Of a DNA stretch of 20,000 bases, positions 1-8,275 are shown one piece after another (within the stretch, counting starts at the first letter, position 1; the number at the start of each line of letters is the position of its first letter). Made by a program: the position numbers and the translations under genes. The notes below the pieces were generated by a model. That model saw only the letters and a program-made list of their open reading frames with translations. It was not told the origin of the DNA and did not search any database. This stretch comes from an uncultured virus (IMG/VR IMGVR_UViG_3300045020_000151) (lineage: Duplodnaviria; Heunggongvirae; Uroviricota; Caudoviricetes): IMG/VR virus record IMGVR_UViG_3300045020_000151; one strand, written 5' to 3'.

Positions 1-1459
1 CCTGGTCGTCTCCGGTGAGAGAGGTCGTGAAGCGGAGCTGAGGTGGAGAGCCACCGTCATCGCTGACTGCGACTCCGGGGATGTTGGTTCCAATGGCCGC
101 TTCGACCGCAGCCATGTTGGAGAACGGACCGCCGGTGAAGGTGAAGCGACCGGAGGTGGCCACACCGTTCACCGTGACGATGTAGTCCAGGTACAGACCG
201 GCCAGGGTGAAGGGGCCGGAGCCTGCACCAACTCCTGTCACCCTTCCAGCCGTCGCTGCGGTGCCTGAGATGCTGCCGGTGACGCTGGCGGCGATGGGAG
301 CAGCCAGGGTCCAATCGATGTTGTTCGCCTTGAAGTAGGCGTACTTCGGGCCGAACGGGTTCGGATCGAAGATGGTCCCGACCGTCGAGGGGTTGTACAC
401 CTTGGTGACGTAGTTCCCGTTGGCGTCGACGGTGGAGAGGGCGGTGTTGATGGTCCCGAGCTGGAATCGGGCCGACTGCACCGTCATGACCTCGGCGCCG
501 TTCACCCGAATGCCGTCAGCGAAGAACCAATCGCCGACTCGAAGATCGTAGGTGCCGGAAGAACCGAAGGTGACGGCCGAGTGGGCGGCAGAGCTGAAGG
601 TGGTCGGCGTCTCGATGTTGTAGAGACCCGCCTTCGATGGGAAGGACGTGCTGGCTCCATCGAGCAGGTAGGCGCCGGCGTAGAACTCGATCCAAGAAGA
701 CCGGGTCGTGTTGTTGTTCTGGTTCTGGCCTCTCCAACCGGAACCCTCGATGCGCTCTTCGTGAGCGTTTGAACCGCTGGAGTAGCCGATCTGCAGGACG
801 GAGTTCGCAGAGGCTCCTGCACGGACCGTGACCGAAGCCAGCGCTCCGTACTTGGTCGAGGCGATCTGCACCTTGTCGCTCGGAGCAGTGCCCACCACCG
901 TGGCCACGGTTTGACCCACCGCAGCGTTGATCTGCGCTGCAGCTTGGGCTGAGGTCAGATTGCCGGAGCCAACGAAGGTGATGGTGATGTCGGGGACGTG
1001 GTTCGCATCGACTGGGTTGTCGATGGAGAGCACCAACACCGTTCCGTTCAGAGCGAGACCGGTACCACCGTTGAAGACAACCGTCTGGATGGCCGGCTGT
1101 CCGGCCCCATGAGCGGTGGCGAAGAAGGCTTCACCATGCCCCTGTTGATCGAGAAGCTCTCCGAGAGTGCCACCCTGGAGCAAGAAGGTGCGAACCGTGT
1201 TGTTCTGCACCACCAGCTCTGCGGCATTCCCACGCGGGGCGGGGAAGGAGCTCTCCGTGATGGAGAGAGGGGTCTGCAGGTACTGGCCGAAGAGGTCCCC
1301 CGAGTTGATGGTCCCGTCAGCGTTCAGGACGTTCGTGATCTCGAAGGCCGGGCCCACGACGACCGGAACGAGTGTTGGGGTGACGAAGGAAGGCGCAGGC
1401 GTCGAGAGCTGCTGAATGACTTCAACTCCGGGACGCGGGAGCTCGGCTGGCAGGGCCAT
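1..1459 (-). CDS. Contractile tail sheath protein, N-terminal part (runs off the left edge)
   Basis: Open frame from ATG at 1459 (SD AAAGGAG) to the window edge. MALPAELPRPGVEVIQQ...PVVVGPA resembles the RPGVYV N-terminal signature of tail sheath proteins, followed by Gly/Thr-rich beta-type sequence. Absent from the ORF track because it has no stop in the window. Confidence 0.7.
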   Translation of the reverse strand, partial: MALPAELPRPGVEVIQQLSTPAPSFVTPTLVPVVVGPAFEITNVLNADGTINSGDLFGQYLQTPLSITESSFPAPRGNAAELVVQNNTVRTFLLQGGTLGELLDQQGHGEAFFATAHGAGQPAIQTVVFNGGTGLALNGTVLVLSIDNPVDANHVPDITITFVGSGNLTSAQAAAQINAAVGQTVATVVGTAPSDKVQIASTKYGALASVTVRAGASANSVLQIGYSSGSNAHEERIEGSGWRGQNQNNNTTRSSWIEFYAGAYLLDGASTSFPSKAGLYNIETPTTFSSAAHSAVTFGSSGTYDLRVGDWFFADGIRVNGAEVMTVQSARFQLGTINTALSTVDANGNYVTKVYNPSTVGTIFDPNPFGPKYAYFKANNIDWTLAAPIAASVTGSISGTAATAGRVTGVGAGSGPFTLAGLYLDYIVTVNGVATSGRFTFTGGPFSNMAAVEAAIGTNIPGVAVSDDGGSPPQLRFTTSLTGDDQ

Positions 1460-1477
1460 TGAAGAGTTCTCCTTTCG

Positions 1478-2281
1478 CTACTTGCGCGGCTTCGGGGTCT
1501 TGATGAGCCCCTGAGCAACCGTCTGTGAGAGTGTCAGCACCTTGTCATACCCAATCAGCTTCCCGTTGATGCCTGGCTCCCTGATTGCCGTCGCGCCTGG
1601 GGCGGGCCATTCGATCTCTGAACTTAGGGCGACGGCCACTTTGGTGAGAAGCGATTTGTTGAGAGGAGAGGTAGTCCAGGTGTCTTGGAAGTAGAACGGG
1701 ACTTGCACACCAACGAGGATGATTTCGTTGGGATCTCCGGTGACGATGGAGCCCGGAGGAGACTCAGAACCGACCTGCAGTTCTTCACCCACCCGATGAA
1801 GACCGGCTCCCAAGAGGAACCTCTTCAAGACACGAGTGGCGTAGAGGGCAATCCAGGCAATCCGTTGGGCCTCAATCCCCTCTCGGGAGAGGCAGTTGTA
1901 GGTCATCGACGCCGAGATGAGGTCCGTATGGCGGACAGCCCCCGAGACTGGATCGTTGTTGGGGGTGAAGGTGAACTTGCCAGACGCGTCTTTCACCAAG
2001 AGAGGCCCAGCGAACTGGTCAAGAGCTATGTTCGCAAAGGCCGCTGGTCCTCTTGAGACGATGATGGCCGGTCTCTTCTCGACCACCTCTTTGTCGATGG
2101 GGTTCTGATCAGAGATGGTGATGTCGGTGTTCTTCTCTTCAGCGTCCCAACGGTAGGCACCCTTCTCGAAGGTGCCGAAGACAATCTGCAAGAACTTGCA
2201 GAAGAGCCTGGCGAACTGCGTCAGAGGGTCTTCGCCGAACCCCTGAGGCTGAGGAACGCCTTGTGAGACTCTCTCGCTCAC
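1478..2281 (-). CDS. Virion morphogenesis protein, possibly tail completion/terminator
   Basis: 267 aa ORF directly upstream of the sheath gene; RPAIIVSRG motif and position suggest a tail terminator/neck protein (inference). Confidence 0.5.
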   Translation of the reverse strand: MSERVSQGVPQPQGFGEDPLTQFARLFCKFLQIVFGTFEKGAYRWDAEEKNTDITISDQNPIDKEVVEKRPAIIVSRGPAAFANIALDQFAGPLLVKDASGKFTFTPNNDPVSGAVRHTDLISASMTYNCLSREGIEAQRIAWIALYATRVLKRFLLGAGLHRVGEELQVGSESPPGSIVTGDPNEIILVGVQVPFYFQDTWTTSPLNKSLLTKVAVALSSEIEWPAPGATAIREPGINGKLIGYDKVLTLSQTVAQGLIKTPKPRK

Positions 2282-2622
2282 TTCGACTTCTCCTCGTACA
2301 TCTTCCTCAGAGCCAGTCTGGACGCCATGACGCCGGCGCCAAGAAGAGGTCCGACAATCAGCTTCTTCGTCTTCGGGTCCAACCGTGACCAGGCTGGTCC
2401 GAGCTTGGATCCAACGAGCTTGTCAGCAACGGTTGTGAGAGCCGAACCCACACCGGCCCCACCGGCGATCAAGGCGGTGTTCTTCAAGAACTTCTTGGCC
2501 TTGTCTCTTCGCTCTTGATGAATGGCGGAGGAGATCTTCTGCAGCTCGTCTAGAAAGCCATCAACGAATCGCGCCTCTGGGATGGCCGAAGGCAGCGATG
2601 ATGTCGTCGTAGTCCTCTCCAT
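2278..2622 (-). CDS. Small Lys/Gly/Ala-rich protein with FLDELQKIS motif
   Basis: 114 aa ORF, 4-nt overlap with the next gene; motif shared with 18741-19022. Start uncertain (62-nt overlap with the upstream gene). Confidence 0.65.
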   Translation of the reverse strand: MERTTTTSSLPSAIPEARFVDGFLDELQKISSAIHQERRDKAKKFLKNTALIAGGAGVGSALTTVADKLVGSKLGPAWSRLDPKTKKLIVGPLLGAGVMASRLALRKMYEEKSK

Positions 2623-3475
2623 CGTTTTCGAGGTTCTGGCGATTGAGGAAGTTCCTCTCGGCCGAAGGCTGCAACGTTTGGGTATTCACGTTCAGCGGGA
2701 GGTCGTATTCGATGTCACCCTTCGGAATCTCGTGAAGACCCAATTCCCACCGAACGGGAGTCCGAAGACGTTCAGTTGGTGTGGCTGAAACCACCTTCCA
2801 GCGTCGGTTTTCTGACTCCACAAGTATGTCGTTCACAGACACAGGTGGGAAGTAGATCATGCGCCCGGCCGTATCGATGGCCTGGCTCTGTCCAAGGGGA
2901 GTGGGCTTCAAATGCTGCCCGACTGGATCGATCTGAATCCAGACCTCGACGGGAGACATGTAGCCTCCCAAGAAGCCGGTGCCAAAGCAGGCCGCATGGT
3001 TGGACCTCGTCTTCCTCTGGAGGTTCACATCCCAGCAGGTGCACCGAGGACCAAAGGTCCTTCGTGGGAAGAGCCAGCAACGCCGACCAATGAACTCCCG
3101 GAAGAGGACGTCTTCTTCATGGTAGATGGCCGCCGCAATGAGATCAGGCTCTGGAATGCCTGAGGCGGCGGGGCCGAAGATCTTCTCGTCCCCGGTGGGA
3201 ACGTGGTGAACCTTGATTTGGTAGTAGTACTGCCGCCACTTGTGAAGAAGAGAGACCGAGACGTCTCGAATGGCGTACTGGTCGACGAGAGGACCGGCGA
3301 GTTGCTCGTAGGGCCCCTCCGGTGAATCCCCTGAGCGCAGAACGAAGAACTGGTAGTCGAAGATCTCATGCTTCTCTTCGTCGTTCCTCGGACCGAAGAC
3401 GGAGTCGATCTCCCAGAAGATGTCCAGGCGATCGAGGTCGAAGGAACGGACTGTGAGCTTCGAGATGTTGATCAC
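2561..3475 (-). CDS. Putative head-completion/neck protein with Cys-rich motif
   Basis: 304 aa; RCTCW...HAACFGTGFLGGY resembles the CxC...CxxCxGTG motif of large-myophage neck proteins; coupled to the upstream gene by overlap. Confidence 0.6.
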   Translation of the reverse strand: MINISKLTVRSFDLDRLDIFWEIDSVFGPRNDEEKHEIFDYQFFVLRSGDSPEGPYEQLAGPLVDQYAIRDVSVSLLHKWRQYYYQIKVHHVPTGDEKIFGPAASGIPEPDLIAAAIYHEEDVLFREFIGRRCWLFPRRTFGPRCTCWDVNLQRKTRSNHAACFGTGFLGGYMSPVEVWIQIDPVGQHLKPTPLGQSQAIDTAGRMIYFPPVSVNDILVESENRRWKVVSATPTERLRTPVRWELGLHEIPKGDIEYDLPLNVNTQTLQPSAERNFLNRQNLENDGEDYDDIIAAFGHPRGAIR

Positions 3476-4047
3476 GGGAAGTTGCGCTGGACCAGGTACG
3501 TGGCGAGGTTAACTCCCGTGTACGTGGCCGCGATGGAGTACTGACCAATCTTGTTGGTGTCGTAGGTCCCTGGACTGGCAGCCTGGGCTGCAGCGGCATC
3601 TGCAGCCGTGCTGTAGATGCGAAGCCGGCCAGATGTCAGATTGTTGTTCCCGTCGAAGCTGGTGATGTCGAGGACCGAGTTCTCGTGTAGAAGTCCCAGG
3701 CTCCTGAAGAGAAGAACTGCCACGTCGTCATTGAGGTACCCAACGATCTGGAACCTCATGATGGTGAAGTCGGTGACAGGTGAAGATGTGCTGTTGAACG
3801 AGAGGACCAAGACCCCTAGCTCGTTCAAGATGCCGGCCGGGAGCCCGGCCATGTAGACACCTGGAGCATTGACCGAGTCCACCTCGGTCCAACTCGTCAG
3901 GGTGACGGTGACCTCCGAAGCGTCGTTCTTGATGGCCTTGACGACGAGATGGGCGGTGGTGACCCCAGTCTGACGGGTGACGCCGTCAGAGGCGAACATC
4001 ATCACTGCGATGTTGGCGGCCGTGCTCTGTTTGAGGAGGTCAGCCAT
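3472..4047 (-). CDS. Putative virion structural protein
   Basis: 191 aa, Thr/Val/Ser-rich beta-type sequence in the structural operon. Confidence 0.7.
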   Translation of the reverse strand: MADLLKQSTAANIAVMMFASDGVTRQTGVTTAHLVVKAIKNDASEVTVTLTSWTEVDSVNAPGVYMAGLPAGILNELGVLVLSFNSTSSPVTDFTIMRFQIVGYLNDDVAVLLFRSLGLLHENSVLDITSFDGNNNLTSGRLRIYSTAADAAAAQAASPGTYDTNKIGQYSIAATYTGVNLATYLVQRNFP

Positions 4048-4052
4048 ACACC

Positions 4053-4493
4053 CTACCCATCAAATCCAGCGTTGAAGTCCAGTCTCCTCCCAGCCGAGAT
4101 GGATGAGAAGGTGTCACTGACGGGTCCGTTGACCAAGTTGTTGAGGGTCGCTGCAGTGCCAGCAGCAACGTCGATTCGATAGCTGCCAGCCTGGAGTCCA
4201 CCGCTGAGGTGAAGAGTGACTCCCTGCGTTCCGTCAAAGGTCACCGACGAAACTGTCAGCGCCGGCTGGCTGCTCAAAGAGGTGATGGTGTAGTTGGCAG
4301 CCGTCGTGAGGGCGGACAGGTTCTCAAGAGCGAAGTTCCACTTCAAGAGGACCTGTGAACCACCAGCCTCTGATGCGACAAAGAGGAGGGCTGGAGGGAA
4401 TGCCTCCATCGTCAATCTGCGAACACGCTGAGCGACTGGAAGGAACATCGGATCCAGTGGCGGCGTGAAGAAGAATCGGGTGACTGCCGGCAC
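4053..4493 (-). CDS. Putative Ig-like virion protein
   Basis: 146 aa, GTG start; TAANYTI...VTLHL pattern recalls bacterial Ig-like domains (inference). Confidence 0.6.
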   Translation of the reverse strand: MPAVTRFFFTPPLDPMFLPVAQRVRRLTMEAFPPALLFVASEAGGSQVLLKWNFALENLSALTTAANYTITSLSSQPALTVSSVTFDGTQGVTLHLSGGLQAGSYRIDVAAGTAATLNNLVNGPVSDTFSSISAGRRLDFNAGFDG

Positions 4494-4502
4494 GGCTTCT
4501 CC

Positions 4503-5561
4503 TTACAGAGAGGGAGACGTATTGCATGGGAACCAGCAGGTGCCCATGACGACGGAGGTGACTGGAGGTGTAACAGGTGGCGAACTGGGTGGATCCGTCT
4601 TTCCGTTCGATGCGTTTGTCCCGTCGATTCCTGCAGCCTTGATGTCTACGATCCTCCCACGCCGTGTTCTGTGTGAGTTCGAGTTGGAGGTGTTGCTGAA
4701 GACAGCGATTGGCCAATCGGGAATGGTACCGTCTTGACCATCACCACTGTTTGCGAAGCCTCCAGCCATGGGCCCGATGGAAGAGTTGTAGGGCTGGTAT
4801 GGACCGTAACTCGAAGCGGTCGTCCCGTCCGAACCAGAGTTATCTGTGTAGCGAGCTTGCCAAATGGAGGTGCCGAAGAAGGCTGAATTGGTGGGCACTC
4901 CTGGAGCCCCGTTGTTGTATTCCATGTAGAGTCCGTACGGGAAAACGTCTCCGGAATACGCCTGGGCCATCATGGGGAGATACGACATCCACTGAGCCTG
5001 CCCCTGTCCGGACTTCTGCGAGAACATGTAGTGATCCCCAATGGTGCTGAGGACCCCGCTGAAGGCGAAGGTGGTCGAAGATCCATCTGTGATTTGCAGG
5101 TTGGTGAATGGGTTGCAAGCATCGGTGGTGGTCGGATCGTTGGTGCTGGAGCCGCCTGTCGGGGCACTCTTGCTGAATCTGACGTTGATGAAGTTGAAGC
5201 CACCAGTACCCGACATGCTGACGAGTAAGTAGCAACCAGGTCCGAAACCGCTTGAGGGACTCTTGTAGCAAATCCAAGAGTGAGCCGTTCCGTTCGTTGC
5301 GCTCACGTACTTCGAGAAGTTGAACGTGCTGCCCCAACGATCGACAGCATCCATTGCTCCGGTGACCCCATCACTGGAACCGGCAACAGTCCAAGCTCCA
5401 GTTGGAGAGCCGATGGCGACGTTGTTGATGTCGGTGAACGAGAGCAGCGCCAACATCAACTGATGGTGGAAGAAGAGAAGAGACGCTGCCAGACGGTTGA
5501 CCGTCGTGTTGTCCGCCGGGGCAACGTTCCAGGCGTGCTGGTAGACCCGTTCGAAGGCCAT
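4503..5561 (-). CDS. Putative virion structural protein
   Basis: 352 aa, Ser/Thr/Gly/aromatic-rich, GGGAG SD, tightly packed in the operon. Confidence 0.75.
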   Translation of the reverse strand: MAFERVYQHAWNVAPADNTTVNRLAASLLFFHHQLMLALLSFTDINNVAIGSPTGAWTVAGSSDGVTGAMDAVDRWGSTFNFSKYVSATNGTAHSWICYKSPSSGFGPGCYLLVSMSGTGGFNFINVRFSKSAPTGGSSTNDPTTTDACNPFTNLQITDGSSTTFAFSGVLSTIGDHYMFSQKSGQGQAQWMSYLPMMAQAYSGDVFPYGLYMEYNNGAPGVPTNSAFFGTSIWQARYTDNSGSDGTTASSYGPYQPYNSSIGPMAGGFANSGDGQDGTIPDWPIAVFSNTSNSNSHRTRRGRIVDIKAAGIDGTNASNGKTDPPSSPPVTPPVTSVVMGTCWFPCNTSPSL

Positions 5562-5591
5562 TGCTTCACTCCCGAATCAGAGACTGTGGTC

Positions 5592-6308
5592 CTACTTGCC
5601 AACTGCAGGGGCCATGCGGCCCACGAGCTTTTGAGCGCCTCCCACGAGAGCCGGAGCGGCTGCACCAGCGACTCCGCCGGCGGCAGCTCCACGGAGAGCG
5701 CCCCCGAGGCGGCTGCCGGATTGCCCGGTCATCGGATTGATGCCCGGCTTCTGGGCGGCGCCACCGACTGCTCCGATGGCTGCTCCGCCTGCAGCACGCC
5801 CCAACATGGAGGAACCTGCCATCGCCTTGCCTGCGCTCTGGAGACCCTTGGTGACGGTGGGCATCGCCTTGCCGAGGAGACCAGAGACGCCTGGAGGAAG
5901 AGCGAGAGACTTCTTCTCCTTGCCCATGTTCTGGAGCCAGCGTTCTGAGTGTCGGCCAGCCTGGACTCCACCGAGGTATCCCGCTCCGAGACCGTACTTC
6001 CCGGAGTGTTTGGCAACGTGTCCTTTGACCGCTCCGGCTGCCCCCTTGAGAGCGTCCATCTTCGAACCTGCGGTCTTGGCGAAGTCACGGGCGAGGTCTC
6101 GGCCCCACTGATCCGCAAGAGCGAACTTCTCTTCGGCCGACATCTTCACCATGTCGCTCTTCTTCTCCTTCTTCGGAGAAGCTTCCTTCTTGATGAGCTC
6201 TTCGAGCTCTTCGATGGGAAGATCCTTGAAGGCGGAGGCGAGTTTCGTCTTCTTCGAATCCACCGAGCTCAAGGCCTCGGCGAAGGTCATCTCGGCGGTC
6301 TTCTCCAC
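5592..6308 (-). CDS. Lys/Ala/Gly-rich protein with repeated K-x-A motifs (possible internal head protein)
   Basis: 238 aa, GTG start with GGAGG SD; motifs KTA, KLA, KEA; Gly-zipper-like C-terminus. Confidence 0.7.
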   Translation of the reverse strand: MEKTAEMTFAEALSSVDSKKTKLASAFKDLPIEELEELIKKEASPKKEKKSDMVKMSAEEKFALADQWGRDLARDFAKTAGSKMDALKGAAGAVKGHVAKHSGKYGLGAGYLGGVQAGRHSERWLQNMGKEKKSLALPPGVSGLLGKAMPTVTKGLQSAGKAMAGSSMLGRAAGGAAIGAVGGAAQKPGINPMTGQSGSRLGGALRGAAAGGVAGAAAPALVGGAQKLVGRMAPAVGK

Positions 6309-6317
6309 GGGTTCCTC

Positions 6318-6785
6318 CTACTTCAAGGCCTTCAGAATCTTGAGGCCAGCCATCGCCCCTGCAGGGGCGACCATGAGTCCTGCTGCGGTTGGGTGCTTGG
6401 CCAGGAGATCCGCAACACCCGAGACTCCAGGAGCCGCAGCGTGCATGAGCCCCTTTGCCAAGCCGGGCTCCACTCCCGTCTGCTCTTGAGTCTGCTTTGC
6501 GGCGGCTGCGGAGTCGGTGAGCTTCCGACCGACTCTCTGTTCAGCCGAGGGCTCACCGTTCTTCCCAGGCTTGGCCATGGCTCGGCCGAGAAGTCCTGCT
6601 CCCAACGCTCCAACTCCGCCGGCGATGATCGATCCCTTGTTCCGACTGGCTGCCTCGCCGGCGTGTCGAACGAAGTTCTTCGCCATGCCCTTGGCCATGT
6701 CGAGTTTCGGACCAGCCGTCTTCATCTTCTTGAGGAAGGCCCTGCCCGCCGCCTTCTCGATGATGTCGTTCAGAGATTCGGACAT
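6318..6785 (-). CDS. Lys/Ala/Gly-rich protein with K-x-A motifs
   Basis: 155 aa, first gene of the left minus-strand block; EKAA and AFLKKMKTA motifs. Confidence 0.7.
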   Translation of the reverse strand: MSESLNDIIEKAAGRAFLKKMKTAGPKLDMAKGMAKNFVRHAGEAASRNKGSIIAGGVGALGAGLLGRAMAKPGKNGEPSAEQRVGRKLTDSAAAAKQTQEQTGVEPGLAKGLMHAAAPGVSGVADLLAKHPTAAGLMVAPAGAMAGLKILKALK

Positions 6786-6843
6786 GGATGCTCAAGGGTA
6801 GAGCGGGTTTGGGGTCTGTAGGAAGCAATTCGTCAGGAACCGC

Positions 6844-6873
6844 TTGACAGTTTCGTCTCGGCCTTGAGATGCT
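6844..6873 (+). promoter_or_regulatory. Putative sigma70-type promoter of the tRNA array
   Basis: Perfect TTGACA at 6844-6849, 18-nt spacer, TG-N-GATGCT as a weak extended -10. Confidence 0.5.
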
Positions 6874-6883
6874 GGAGGCCTCG

Positions 6884-7033
6884 ATGAAGACCGTGTCGAA
6901 AACGCAGAGAGGGCAAGCCGGATCGCCAGTGGCGACCGCAGGCGTAGCCTATTTGCGCGATTCGTTCGGTTGCCGAGCCTCAAAGCCGCAGATTCACCTC
7001 AGCCTGAATACCGAAGAGCGCCCGCCCGGCTAG
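6884..7033 (+). CDS. Leader peptide, 49 aa (MKTVSKTQRG...EERPPG)
   Basis: GGAGG SD 5 nt before ATG; its last codons overlap the antiterminator arm; below the ORF-track size cut-off. Confidence 0.65.
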   Translation: MKTVSKTQRGQAGSPVATAGVAYLRDSFGCRASKPQIHLSLNTEERPPG

Positions 7034-7070
7034 GGTCCCGAGAAGAAGCTTTCTCCCACCAAGCCGGGCG
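7023..7070 (+). promoter_or_regulatory. Antiterminator hairpin
   Basis: CGCCCGGCT (7023-7031) is the exact complement of AGCCGGGCG (7062-7070); inner helices GGT/ACC and GAGAAG/CTTTCTC. Confidence 0.65.
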
Positions 7071-7101
7071 ACCCAAAGAGGTCTCCCGGCTTTTCGCGTT
7101 T
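7061..7101 (+). terminator. Intrinsic terminator (attenuator)
   Basis: AAGCCGGG-C-GACC / GGTC-T-CCCGGCTT hairpin followed by TTCGCGTTT. Confidence 0.7.
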
Positions 7102-7141
7102 CAGGAGGTCTGCGTCTCCAACCCAACATGCCGTTCTGAAT

Positions 7142-7209
7142 AGGCCGTCCTCCAGCGAGGAACCTGAACTCCAAATCCAGGTAGCAGGGATCAACACCTT
7201 GACGGCCTG
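7142..7209 (+). tRNA. tRNA-Trp(CCA), atypical (minimal D arm, T loop ATCAACA)
   Basis: Acceptor AGGCCGT/ACGGCCT, G73, loop CT-CCA-AA, T stem CAGGG/CCTTG. Confidence 0.7.
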
Positions 7210-7274
7210 CTTCTGCAGACGTTCTCTGACATCCTGAATAGCTCGATGAGCCCGATGAAGGATCGGGCTCACAT

Positions 7275-7347
7275 GCCCCGCTAGCTCATCTGGTAGAGCG
7301 CCTGTTTCGTAAACAGGAGGTGATCGGTTCAAGTCCGATGTGGGGCT
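7275..7347 (+). tRNA. tRNA-Thr(CGT)
   Basis: Cloverleaf; CCTGT-TT-CGT-AA-ACAGG. Confidence 0.95.
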
Positions 7348-7423
7348 CTTGTTGCTGTAGGCGCCGATAGCCTCCGGTGCGTAACCACTCGCCCCTCGCT
7401 TGAGTCGCCGATCAGCAGCATCT

Positions 7424-7496
7424 GCGGATGTAGCTCAGTTGGTAGAGCATCTGCTTGCCAAGCAGAAGGTCGTCGGTCCGAATCCGATCATCCGCT
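7424..7496 (+). tRNA. tRNA-Gly(GCC)
   Basis: Cloverleaf; TCTGC-TT-GCC-AA-GCAGA; T loop TCCGAAT. Confidence 0.93.
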
Positions 7497-7582
7497 CAGC
7501 AGCGTGCAGGCTCCATAGCGGTGTTCTCGCCGTTCAGGGCCTGGAGAAGAGGGCGCCCTTCCCTCACGCACGGGGCAAGCAT

Positions 7583-7665
7583 GGTGGAGTAGTTCAAGCG
7601 GCAAAGACATCAGACTGTAAATCTGACGCCTCCGGGCTTCGAAGGTTCGAGTCCTTCCTCCACCA
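7583..7665 (+). tRNA. tRNA-Tyr(GTA)
   Basis: Cloverleaf with long variable arm; TCAGA-CT-GTA-AA-TCTGA. Confidence 0.95.
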
Positions 7666-7669
7666 AGTT

Positions 7670-7740
7670 GGGTCCTTAGTTCAATGGTAGAACCATCGCC
7701 TCTTAAGCGACCAATGAGAGTTCGATTCTCTCAGGACCCA
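7670..7740 (+). tRNA. tRNA-Lys(CTT)
   Basis: Cloverleaf; loop CT-CTT-AA. Confidence 0.92.
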
Positions 7741-7790
7741 CTGAAAGGAGAAGTCATGCGATTGAAACAGGACGGCAGTGACAAACGAAT

Positions 7791-7862
7791 GCCTCCGTAG
7801 CTCAAAGGTAGAGCACTCGCCTTTTAAGCGAAGGGTTGCAGGTTCGAGTCCTGTCGGGGGTA
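7791..7862 (+). tRNA. tRNA-Lys(TTT)
   Basis: Cloverleaf; loop CT-TTT-AA. Confidence 0.92.
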
Positions 7863-7865
7863 CTC

Positions 7866-7937
7866 GCGGCCATAGCTCAGTGGTAGAGCGCTTGGTTCCC
7901 AACCAAGAAGTCGAGGGTTCAAGTCCCTCTGGCCGCT
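7866..7937 (+). tRNA. tRNA-Gly(CCC)
   Basis: Cloverleaf; CTTGG-TT-CCC-AA-CCAAG. Confidence 0.95.
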
Positions 7938-7940
7938 CTT

Positions 7941-8012
7941 GCGGAAGTAGCTCAGAGGTAGAGCGTCTGCCTTCCAAGCAGAATGTCGTGGGTTCAATTC
8001 CCATCTTCCGCT
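7941..8012 (+). tRNA. tRNA-Gly(TCC)
   Basis: Cloverleaf; TCTGC-CT-TCC-AA-GCAGA. Confidence 0.95.
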
Positions 8013-8017
8013 CTTGA

Positions 8018-8071
8018 AGTCTTCCCGGGGCCCAATGGCGGCCTGCAGGGAGTCACGCTCGTGAACCGAGC
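8018..8071 (+). ncRNA. Unidentified structured RNA motif, copy 1
   Basis: AGTCTTCC...GGGAGTCAC followed by hairpin GCTCG-TGAAC-CGAGC. Confidence 0.6.
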
Positions 8072-8073
8072 TT

Positions 8074-8144
8074 TCGCGTGTAGCTCAATTGGTAGAGCAC
8101 CGGCCTAGAAGCCGGCTGTGCTGGTTCGAGTCCGGCCATGCGGT
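8074..8144 (+). tRNA. tRNA-like gene with 6-nt anticodon loop (CTAGAA), identity undetermined
   Basis: Intact acceptor, D and T arms; anticodon arm CCGGC-CTAGAA-GCCGG. Confidence 0.75.
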
Positions 8145-8151
8145 CTTTCGT

Positions 8152-8274
8152 AGTCTTCCTCTACCCTGTGGGGCCCCCATCAGCACCCAATCTCGATTGG
8201 ATGTTGTTGGGGCCTCTTCAGGGATCGACAGATCGGAATGCCACCGATTCGGGAGTCACACCCGTGAACCGGGT
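8152..8274 (+). ncRNA. Unidentified structured RNA motif, copy 2 (larger insert)
   Basis: AGTCTTCC...GGGAGTCAC followed by ACCCG-TGAAC-CGGGT; the insert folds into two hairpins. Confidence 0.6.
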
Positions 8275-8275
8275 A

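Noticed and set aside
57..1462. Short ORFs on both strands in the first 1.5 kb
   Set aside because: They are shadows of one continuous minus-strand sheath-like frame starting at 1459.
8074..8144. Amber suppressor or Pyl tRNA (CTA in the loop) implying TAG recoding
   Set aside because: CTA is not at the anticodon position of a 7-nt loop, and many genes here end cleanly at TAG with the next gene or tRNA following closely.
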